Source: Mytilus trossulus (Eukaryota). From it: a DNA stretch of 64,000 bases. This document shows positions 53,489 to 62,999 of this stretch, in pieces. The position numbers were made by a program, and so were the translations under genes. The stretch spans positions 42,346,001 through 42,410,000 of the forward strand of contig NC_086373.1 in assembly GCF_036588685.1 (NCBI RefSeq), written 5' to 3'. Position 1 is the stretch's first letter; the number at the start of each line of letters is the position of its first letter. The notes below the pieces were generated by a model. The model saw only the letters and a program-made list of their open reading frames with translations, ran no database searches and was not told where the DNA came from.

Positions 53489-56400
53489 TTATTCGCTACA
53501 ATAACCAAACGGTAAAGTACTTAAGTCATTCAAGAGCCGTCTCTTGGTGTACACCATTTTGTATTCTTTTTGCTCTGGTCTGTTATACAATTTTCGTTTG
53601 CAACCAAGTCTAGAAATTTTTCGGGGATTAGTGGTTAGGATCGAATTTCTGTTTTTGTCAACTACAATATCTCTAATCGCCGAAAAATTTATAAGCTCTT
53701 CATTCGCTTTAGTTTGGAGAGAAAATCCTCTTACTTTACACTTTTCCTTTCCTGATACCATCCTGTAGGCGTAATTTTTAGGACCACCGGATACGAAATG
53801 AGTAATATACCCGTCTTCAGTCGAAATTTCGTTGGTCAGTTCACCCAAGTAGTTTCCTATCGGTAGTGTATTTGTGATTTGTTTGTTTCTATCTACAAAT
53901 ATGACGGAATCAGTGTCAACGTAAAGAGTGTTCTCGTCCGTCTTCTCGAGTACTTTATAGAGACTAATTCTAGCCCAACAAGTGGTAAAAGAGGCAATAA
54001 ACACGTTGGTTTTGTAGTCTATAGGTATGAAAGACGGGTAATCGAAATGTTCCGTCTGTACAGTATTTTTATTGATGATGTGAAAGTCCCTTACGTCCTT
54101 TTTTGGATCTGAAAGTAACTGAAAGAATTTGTCGGCTTCATTTTCGGTAAAAAATGTGGTCTGTTTCATGTTTAACCGTTGTCCAAACTTTCCCCAAAAA
54201 CTATTCAAACAAATTTTGGCGAGACTACGAAGACCTGGATTTTTTCTTATTTGATCGTAATCCAAGAGAATTCCTTCCTTTTGGGCATAGTCTGCTATGT
54301 AATCCATCTTTTGTTGTTCCGTTTCACACTCTGAGGGAAATCCGGAAGCTTCCTGTTTTAATTTCAAAAACAAATTAACATACCCGTCAAAAAGACCACC
54401 TTTCCCTGTTTGTCTGTCGTAGATTTTGGTTTCTGCGAAATCATATATTTCATAAATTTTGAGTATTCGATACCCTTTTGAACGAGCCAATTCTAACTCC
54501 GGTGTACACCAAGTTCCTATCATAGATCTGTTTGAATCTGTACATATACAACTACGCTGATTTTCTGTCTCTGCACATTGTTTACATAAAGGAAACTTTA
54601 ATTTTCCGTTCGATAAGTACGGTAAAACAGGATGGTACAGACGTCTCGGTGGAAGAACTTTCACCTTTGCGATACCGAAATAATGTGAGAGATCGGAGAA
54701 ATTGGACGTGACAATGGTTGGATGTCCGATAGGATATTTTGCATATTTATTAACGCTAGGATACAAACTGTAAGAAAAAGAAAAAAGGAGATAAGGTTAC
54801 AGACATATAGGTTATAATTTTTTTTTTTTTTTTTTTTTATTTACCAACTTAAAAACTCTTTTAAAGATAAAGGGGTGTGTGTGAATATGAGTTAATAGTT
54901 TACCACCAGTCGAGTATAGTCAACACGTTAACATGAAATATCAATAATGCTATTGTCATTTTATAAAAAAAAAAAAATTTACTGTTTGATTTGAAAACTA
55001 TACATTATTCAAAAATACTAAGGATTTTTCTACCTTCAGACACAGATTACTGTAGCCACACAACCTTTTTTGGAATTTTTTTTGGTCCACAATGGTTTCA
55101 TCAACTTTGCCTTTTTTTTTTTTGGTCTTTTCAATTATTTCCGCTTCTAGCGTCACTTATGGAGTCTTATATTATATATTATATATATAGACGAAACGCG
55201 GGTAAAAAAAATTTATAAGTCTCTGATTAGGTATTTTTTTACCTCGTAAAATCGTAATATTCAATCGTCTCCCCAGGTTCCGTGGTTTCATGGTACAATC
55301 TTATGGCATTTGTTCTTCCCCCGAAAAAACTGTCTCTCGGGTCAAGGCGATCAGTTACCTCGATAGAAGACACATAAGCTCTAATTTCCTCATCTTGCTG
55401 TAGTTGTTCCATAAACTCATGTTCCCAGACACTGACGTATTCGTACCCTCGACGTTTTAATTCCGTTTCTTTGTTTTTGGTAAGGTAGTATAGTTCGTTG
55501 AGAGAGTGTTTGGTGAGAGGATCGGTGGTACGTGTTCTTTCGTGTGGAAAACAGGACGGACAACCATGGAAACGACATCCTTTGGAAAAAAATAAAATAA
55601 AGAAAAAAATTAAAAAAGAAAAAAATTAAAAAAGAAAAAAAAAATAAGACCGCGCCGCGGACTCGAAGACCGCGCCGCGGACTCGAAGACCGCGGACTCG
55701 AAGACCGCGCCGCGGACTCGAAGANNNNNNNNNNNNNNNNNNNNNNNNNNNNNNNNNNNNNNNNNNNNNNNNNNNNNNNNNNNNNNNNNNNNNNNNNNNN
55801 NNNNNNNNNNNNNNNNNNNNNNNNNNNNNNNNNNNNNNNNNNNNNNNNNNNNNNNNTATGCTATCCTTCTTGTACCTCGTTCTTCATATCCGTCCAATCT
55901 GTAATTCGTACCCTGTACTCTATGTTCTCCTCTTCCATTTAGAGCATGTTGAATATGAATCGTCGGTTGACCATCTTTTCGTCTGGCGGATTCCATGGTC
56001 CATTCTAACCATTGAATTGATATCTTGCTAAAATTGTCTCTCGATACGTAACCTTGCGAAGGGACCAACGCAAGAGGGGTTTTGAGGAAGACAGTCGTCG
56101 GTTTACCATATCTGTCAGAATCTATCGTATCTTTAGTCACCCAATCACCTTCAGGTATTTTGAAATGTACAACGTTGTTTTCATCAAATTTCGTTTGACA
56201 CCTTACAGTCTCATTGTTTCGTCTGTCTATAAGGCGAGTTTCATATTCCTCGTCCAAAAACAATTCCCGGTAAATTGCTTGACACGCAGAGGCTATCGTA
56301 ACGTAATCAAAGGGGTCTATACCTTCCCTTTGAGTTACCATTTCACCATTTGCGTTTAATTTTCTCTCCGACGTGACCTCCATCATTAACTGACGAAATT

Positions 56401-59111
56401 TCATGCAACCACGTCGTAAAATATCTACGTCGGAGACACAGTAGTCGTACATTTCCGATTGAAAGTCAAAAATGGCATTTTGCTTAGACGCATACCATTC
56501 CCGGAATTTCTGGACATCCTTCCCAGACATGTTTTCGATTCCGTAATAACTTTCATCGGGATACGGACCTCGATACGATTGATTTTCCTGTGTGTTAAAC
56601 AAATGCGGAAAATAACCTTTCGTCACCTCTCTCAAACCAAAACATTCTGGTATTTTGGAGAGTTTCATTTGAATGAAATTAAGCGAATCTAGGAAGGTCA
56701 GATCCAGTCCTTTAGAAACGTGCATGTAGTTGATTTTGGAACCGTCAAAAAATAATTTTGTTCGGTTTGACGCTGTGATTGTCCAGGAGACAGTTAAGTA
56801 TGGGATAGTTATCGAATCCCTTGGCATTATGTGCCATCAACACGGTATTTTTATAACAGGGAGTCATGATATGCGAACAAAACTGTTGTGGTACGTCGTT
56901 CCCTCTAAATACCCGTTGTCTAAACCCACAACGGTTCTCGCATGGTAACGGTATTAATTTCTTTCGGAGGACGCTACATGTGTCGCAACGGCTACCACAA
57001 GAGTTACACTTCGAGTCTTTGGTCAATTCTTCGTTCTGGCATTTGACACATGAAGACTGCAGCACGGCAAAGTTTACCTTGTGTTCCGTTAGTCCACACC
57101 ACGATTGATCGCATTTCACGCAAAGACGACATTTATCACACCTTGTCTCCAGATTACATTTCACTTCAACACCTCTTGGTACATGTCCATCCGAACACGA
57201 TGCTTTGGGTTCACCCGCCTCAGAACGTGCACATATACCATTTCTCATAGGAAATTGTCTTCCACAAGGTACTCTTGGTGCGTAGCCATCTGTGCAAACC
57301 ATCAATTCGTTTTGCGTAGTTTCAAAATCGAAAAAAAAAAATTTTCTAGGTTCGTCTGTAGTCGACTCTCTATTTCTTTGCCGGCGTTGAAAACACAAAT
57401 GGTTTCCGAATTGGTATTCGAAACAATTTTTGCATTTCCATTCACCGCACTTGTGATCCTCCGGACTTCTTTTTTGTCTGCAGAGGACTTTTTTGCAGGT
57501 TCTACACTGATAAAATCTCTCGCACATGGACTTCTCTGTGTCCCTTCCTCTGGTGTCTTTCCTCTCGCGATGGCTAATGTAACAATCTTGATTGCGACAT
57601 GTTCGATTGCAATACACGCACTGCTTTTGGTCTGCACTTGACTTGCAATTTTGGCTACCACATACGTCGCACGTATTTATGCAAGAGTGTCTCCCTTTGT
57701 TTTTGTAAGGTATTAAACAAGAAGCACAGAAGTACCCGAATCCAAAAAATCCATTAATGCTACCTATTCCGTCGAAATGCCCTCCTCCGTCTGTGGTGGA
57801 ATTTTCGGTAAGGTACAGGTAAATATTTCTATGGTCTGGGTTATTTGCGACTCGACAGAACTTGTTACCAAGTTTGGCAGACAAAACCAAAATATTGACC
57901 TCAAGCAACTCTTCTAGAGCGTCGATGTCTCTGATCGTTAATGGTTTATTGATTGAAAGGTTGGCCTCTTTACACAAGGTCAATGCCATTGTTTTTCCGT
58001 AGGACTTCTTCCCATCACTTACATGCTTGTAGTAGCTCTTCGTTGTCATCCCATGTTTTATGACCTTCATGAACGTGTTCATATAGGGGGGATCGTTCTT
58101 GGTTACGTTTTTCCATTTGTCTCCGTGTACCATTTCGCACAGTTTTAGAAAACACCTTCCCACGGCAGTGGCCAAACACAAATGGTCGTCGTTGGATATC
58201 CGAAGCATGGATCTTTTCAGAGCTATAGAGCTATTCGGACCATTTAATCTGATGATCGGTAGTGTACGCCCGCTACCGCTTGGTATGGCTATGCGTCCAA
58301 CAACAACGTTCATCTGCGTATCCAAAGGTAAATTTTCTTCGCTATTTAAGACATTTTCCACAGCTGTCATAACTCTGTTAGAGTCGATGTTGGACCATTT
58401 GTCCAATGGTACAACGATGGCATTGTTGAGATCAGGGTGAGTTACGATGACTCTTCCGAGGTCGCCCTCGTTGTTACCTCGAGCTCTGTTAAGAACGTCG
58501 TCAAACATTTCGCGTACTTCTTTCAAAATATCTCTCATCTTTTTCCCTTTCCATTGATCGTTGAATTTGATTTTGTACGTCGTTTCTCTCGCCAAATTTT
58601 TAGAAAATATTTTTTCCCCTGTTTTTTCAAAGATGTACGGTAACGATTCATCCGTTGCCCCATACCCCTTTTGACTGGACTCACCCAAATGGTTGGTCTG
58701 CTTTGTTTGCACCTCTGGTGTGCGAGAAGCTTTCAGTATAGAGATGTTGGGGTTCTGCCTACTTGTTTGTGGAGGATAACTGACTATTTGATTATTTACC
58801 GATTCGTGTACTGTCTGATGTTCCCGTAATTTGGATGGAAGATCGATTTTTATGCCGCAATGTTTACATGTTTGTAGATATGTGAGTCTGTCTATCACTA
58901 ATTGGTTCGTCAAAAGTAGATTATCTATAGCCCAAACGATTAAACTGTTTGCATCCGTAAAGGTCTGTAAAATATTTGTTATGAAATTTGTTATTCGCTG
59001 TTGTATGACAGGATGGCTCGTTAGATAGTTTTCTTCTGCCCATTGGCGGAGTTCCGGTAAGGAAGCAATGGTACTTACGAAATCCGACAAACTTGGATAT
59101 TTCTGGCTCAT
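53489..59111 (-). CDS. polB: Protein-primed DNA polymerase B (pPolB) with terminal-protein/OTU-like N-terminus; two introns and one frameshift
   Basis: Exo I FFDFET, Exo II AHNAKGFD, Exo III YCVSDV, DSFFGGRT, motif A YYDFTS|LYP, motif B KICLNSFWGKF, motif C YVDTDS, GPKNY and KVRGF. Coding segments: 59111 to the N gap (~55856) with an extra A at 56747-56752, then 55579-55243 and 54767-53489. Confidence 0.95.
54768..55242 (-). other. Spliceosomal intron (475 bp, phase 2) in pPolB motif A
   Basis: GAT TTT ACG AG|gtaaaa...ttttcttacag|T TTG TAT CCT restores DFTSLYP. Confidence 0.9.
55580..55855 (-). other. Second pPolB intron (phase 1); donor hidden in the N gap
   Basis: Long polypyrimidine tract ending ttttccaaag|GA TGT CGT TTC CAT GGT TGT. 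This restores RIAY(EFx)G|CRFHGCPSC of the endonuclease-like insert. Confidence 0.75.
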
Positions 59112-59361
59112 TTCCCTTATTTTTTTCTGTAACAAACAAATAAACTAAAAAGATCATGTTTAATATCAATATTTCAAAAAAAAAATCAATGCATATAATT
59201 TATAGACCCTATTTTTTTCTGCTGCGTCATGATGACAAACCATTTAAGAATTTAAGCACCCAGATCGATTTGCCATGCCTTTTAGCAGAGGTATTTCATC
59301 CCCTACTCGTTCGCGATTGGTCATGTTGAAAAAGTAAAATAACGTATAAATATTTTGTTTC

Positions 59362-60450
59362 ATGACAGTATTTTCATACTCAGGGTATAACATGATGGGA
59401 TTCGATAGAGAACGTACCGAATACAGATGCGGTTGCTATTCCGAATACTATTCGCACGATTCATTTTTTTACAACGATTCCAGAGGTGGTTTTGTCAATG
59501 TTTGCGGAAAACACGACCATGAAGATACAGCACGAAGTGATCATTTTGAACATATCAAAGCCGAACGTGTAATAGGAAAAGCTGAAGACGTTTTAACGAC
59601 ACAAATGAAACCTGTCCCTATTATTAGGTATCTAAAGGAACAGAGAATGATTTCCGATGATGATGCAAGCAGGCTGCTAAAATATGATTCAAAGTCTATA
59701 ATGGTAAAGGAGCTGTTACAGATTTTCATTCAGCGTATATCATTAAATCAATTGAGGTTGACATTAATAAAAACTGAACAGACACAGTTACTTAGATATT
59801 TGACAGATTCGGAGCAAAATCAAGAAGACGATACTGAAAAAAGCTACGAAGGAAGATGTATGTTACATCTCGAGGGAGACTGCTATGTCGTTGCCAACGA
59901 CTATAAAGGCTGTATTTACATTCACATTCGCAAATACATGACAAAAGGATCTAAGAAATTTCCAACTAAACAAGGTGCGAGTCTTACGCTCTCCAGATGG
60001 CTGATGTTAAAATCTAAGAAAGATGAGATCGACCTAAAGTTTAAAAACGGACTTGATGGCAAACTTGAAGAAGAAGATTTGATTCATCTAGGAGGTGGTG
60101 TATACATTACAATAAATCCAGAATTCCCTACTGTAGATATTAGACATTTTTGGAGGCCTCAAGATGCACCTAAAGCAGTCGCTACAAAACGCGGTGTAGC
60201 CTTGAATAAGTTTAAATGGGAACGTCTCTGTTATGTAATGGATTTGATGATAGATTTCGTACCAGAATTGAATAGTGGTGTCATCTGTGAGTTTACCCAC
60301 GACAACGAAATGGGTATTTTGGCCTGTAAAGAATGTAATCCCTTCCCGGAAACTGATGAAGACGATCCCGTCCCAGAGGATGAAAACGACACTTTACCAC
60401 TACCACCACTTCTAGACAAACAAGAGGGGATTCCTGAAATTGCTAATTGA
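59362..60450 (+). CDS. CARD-like death-fold domain + two tandem PC4-like domains + C-terminal Zn-binding motif
   Basis: aa ~66-148 show a six-helix CARD pattern (EDVLTTQMKPVPIIRYLKEQRMISDDDASRL..VKELLQIF..LRLTLIKTEQTQLLRYL). PC4 repeats lie at aa ~166-225 and ~240-296, followed by CEFTH..CKEC. Confidence 0.75.
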   Translation: MTVFSYSGYNMMGFDRERTEYRCGCYSEYYSHDSFFYNDSRGGFVNVCGKHDHEDTARSDHFEHIKAERVIGKAEDVLTTQMKPVPIIRYLKEQRMISDDDASRLLKYDSKSIMVKELLQIFIQRISLNQLRLTLIKTEQTQLLRYLTDSEQNQEDDTEKSYEGRCMLHLEGDCYVVANDYKGCIYIHIRKYMTKGSKKFPTKQGASLTLSRWLMLKSKKDEIDLKFKNGLDGKLEEEDLIHLGGGVYITINPEFPTVDIRHFWRPQDAPKAVATKRGVALNKFKWERLCYVMDLMIDFVPELNSGVICEFTHDNEMGILACKECNPFPETDEDDPVPEDENDTLPLPPLLDKQEGIPEIAN

Positions 60451-60635
60451 GTTGTGTAAAGAAAAGAACCGTATATTATATACCGTATATTATATATATA
60501 TATATATATATATATGCATTATTAAATTATACATCGATTCATCAGGCGTTATGTGTTTTTTTTTTTTTTATTCTCTCCTTCTCGAGCTATCCCGATAGGA
60601 GGTAGCACTTTGGTATGTGAGACATTCCCATTCCA

Positions 60636-60926
60636 GATTTAAAAAAAAAAGATCAAATCATAAAACGAGTATTAACATGAAAGGTTTAAAAACATATTTA
60701 ATACGTGATTCATTGGTATAACATTAATTACGTTGGTGACTCTTGAATGGGCTCATGAAAATGAGTAAAAAAAACCAAAAAAAAAAAAAACGATTTAAAA
60801 AAAAATCAAATCATAAAACGAGTATTAACATGAAAGGTATAAAAACATATTTAATACGTGATTCATTGGTATAACATCCATTACGTTGGTGACTCTTGAA
60901 TGGGCTAATGAAAATGAGTAAAAAAC
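60636..60926 (+). repeat. 153-bp tandem duplication of the integrase upstream region and first codons
   Basis: ATCAAATCATAAAACGAG...ATGAAAATGAGTAAAAAA occurs at 60652 and again at 60805. Confidence 0.9.
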
Positions 60927-62083
60927 AAAAAGAAGATTACATCAGAAAAATATGGACTGACCCCAGTCATCCTGCAGCATTTGCCGGTCCTGATAAACTT
61001 TATAAAATAATTCAAAAAGATGGGAAGTTTGACATAGGTCGCGGCAGCGTTAAAAGAATTTTAGCCAAAATAGATACTTATAGTGTTCAGAGACCTACTA
61101 GAAAAAAGTTTAAAAGAAATAGGGTAATCGTGTCTGGTATCGATGCGCAATGGGACGGTGACCTCGCATCCATGGAAAATGTATCGAAATACAATAAATA
61201 CAAATTTTTACTGATACTGATAGATATATTTTCCAGGTATCTAATAGTCAGACCGTTAAAGGATAAAAAAAGCACTACCGTTGCAACGGCATTAAAATCT
61301 ATTTTTAATCAAAGTAACAGAAGACCATCAACTATTCGTTTCGATCAGGGAGGAGAGTTCAAAGCGAGTGTAAAACAATATTTGAAGAAAACAGGGATTC
61401 ATGTTTTTTACACCCATAACTCTCAGATAAAGAGTAACTATGCGGAAAGAGTTATCAGAACGTTAAAAAATCGTATATATTCCTATTTCATGGAAAACCA
61501 AACGTACAAATATATAGATGTACTTCAGGATCTGGTAACTAGTTATAATAATACTCCACATCAGTCGTTAGGAGGTGCAACACCAACTTCGGTGACGAAA
61601 AAAAATGAGGATGAAATTCGGTACGTCCAATACCTAGCAAGGCAAAAAAATAAAAAACCAAAGAAAACGACAAAGCAAAAAAACCAAAAACCAATAAAAA
61701 TGACAAAATCCAAGAAGAAGAAACGACCTTTCTATAAATTTAATTTGGGTGATCACGTCAGAGTTTCTCAACTAAAAAGAGTATTCGAGAAAGGATATCA
61801 GGAAAATTGGACATTGGAATATTTTACGATTTCAAAAAGATTTAAAAGAGATAATCTTGACATTTATGTTTTATTTGATGCCTTAGGTGATAGAATTGAA
61901 GGAACATTTTACCGAAATGAACTTCAGAAAATAGAAAAATCTGATACTGAACTATATAAAATTGAAAAAATTACCAAGAAAAGAAAGATAGCGGGGAAGG
62001 ACCAAGTTTTAGTTAAATGGTTGGGATGGCCTTCTAAATTTAACTCGTGGGTATCCAAGGATGAAGTAAAAGAATTCAAATAG
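60908..62083 (+). CDS. int: Retroviral-type (c-int) DDE integrase with C-terminal chromodomain
   Basis: WDGDL..IDIFSR, RFDQGGEF and AERVIRTLK; SH3-like FNLGDHVRVS; chromodomain YKIEKI...VLVKWLGWPSKFNSWV. Confidence 0.95.
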   Translation: MKMSKKQKEDYIRKIWTDPSHPAAFAGPDKLYKIIQKDGKFDIGRGSVKRILAKIDTYSVQRPTRKKFKRNRVIVSGIDAQWDGDLASMENVSKYNKYKFLLILIDIFSRYLIVRPLKDKKSTTVATALKSIFNQSNRRPSTIRFDQGGEFKASVKQYLKKTGIHVFYTHNSQIKSNYAERVIRTLKNRIYSYFMENQTYKYIDVLQDLVTSYNNTPHQSLGGATPTSVTKKNEDEIRYVQYLARQKNKKPKKTTKQKNQKPIKMTKSKKKKRPFYKFNLGDHVRVSQLKRVFEKGYQENWTLEYFTISKRFKRDNLDIYVLFDALGDRIEGTFYRNELQKIEKSDTELYKIEKITKKRKIAGKDQVLVKWLGWPSKFNSWVSKDEVKEFK

Positions 62084-62120
62084 ACAGTTTCATTCGTTAT
62101 TCGGTCATTGTGTATTCAAG

Positions 62121-62543
62121 ATGAGTCTGAGAATTGTTGTCTCTTCAGCAGACGGGATTGACTTATTTTCCGATAATCAAACTTTTAATTTCAGAGTCAA
62201 ATTGAATAGAACAATACAGTTAGATGGATATTGGGTTGTGGCACTAACGGAGTTTACTTCGACCGAACAAGTTGACTTACACAAATCATTATTTATTTTT
62301 TCGGATATGTGTCAACAAAGTTTTATAGGAAACAACGAGCAACCATTACTTAGAAGAGTACAATTTGAGAGAAGAAATCAACGCAATATGATATTTTACA
62401 ATCCTTATTACATCCCTGTTCGAACAGGCTCAATGGAACATATCCATGTATATATAACAGATGATAAAGGAGTATTTGCTTCATTTCTCAAACAGCCGGT
62501 TACACTGACACTTCATTTTAAAAAGTTTCCTTTTGTCCTTTAA
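62121..62543 (+). CDS. Minor capsid protein (penton, single jelly-roll)
   Basis: N-terminal F.DN...NFRVKL...L.G.W.VAL.E and C-terminal PLLR..YIPV..I.VYITD..G..LHF motifs typical of Polinton pentons. Confidence 0.85.
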   Translation: MSLRIVVSSADGIDLFSDNQTFNFRVKLNRTIQLDGYWVVALTEFTSTEQVDLHKSLFIFSDMCQQSFIGNNEQPLLRRVQFERRNQRNMIFYNPYYIPVRTGSMEHIHVYITDDKGVFASFLKQPVTLTLHFKKFPFVL

Positions 62544-62544
62544 G

Positions 62545-62997
62545 ATGAACAGTTTGACATATGTAACAGATCCTAGTATGTGGGAGAAATTTTATAAAAA
62601 TATGGTAAACAGAAATTTTAATCCATACAAATACAAAAACAGTAAAAGAATAAATCAGACAGGGCGTGGTTTACATGGCAGATATAGGGGTTCCTACATG
62701 ATTCCTGTTAACGCAAATGCTGTGGAGGAGACTGAGCCGATGCAGGGCCCTACGACTATGGTGTCACCAGTTGCTGCTGCAGAAGAGAGAGCATTTTCAC
62801 AAATGAAAACAGAAACGGCTAAACCACATGTTAAGATACAGAAACATATAAAACGGTCAAGGAAACATAAAATAGTCAGTAGAAAAAAATCGAACAAGAA
62901 GTCAACATCTAAACTGAAAAAGAAAAAAACTTTCAAAAGGAAAATCAGAAACGATTATTCTGATAGTGTGTGGAATATCAAAAAGAGAAAGAAGTAA
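62545..62997 (+). CDS. Basic, Lys-rich putative DNA-condensing core protein
   Basis: Lies between penton and major capsid; contains a QTGRG motif and a very basic C-terminal third. Confidence 0.7.
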   Translation: MNSLTYVTDPSMWEKFYKNMVNRNFNPYKYKNSKRINQTGRGLHGRYRGSYMIPVNANAVEETEPMQGPTTMVSPVAAAEERAFSQMKTETAKPHVKIQKHIKRSRKHKIVSRKKSNKKSTSKLKKKKTFKRKIRNDYSDSVWNIKKRKK

Positions 62998-62999
62998 TC

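Noticed and set aside
55610-55725. C-terminus LRVRGAVFESAVFESA... of the 405-aa ORF
   Set aside because: Read-through across an N gap into intronic tandem repeat; the real frame continues at exon 55579.
56054-59169. Overlapping ORFs on the + strand and in alternative frames across pPolB
   Set aside because: No recognisable motifs; expected shadows of a long coding region.
59114-59230. Possible extra 5' coding exon of pPolB (ATGACGCAGCAGAAAAAAATAGG), nearly repeating the sequence at the acceptor-like site at ~59128
   Set aside because: An acceptor-like tract exists, but the candidate donor GTCTAT is poor and the phase does not fit. A non-coding leader exon remains possible but is unsupported.
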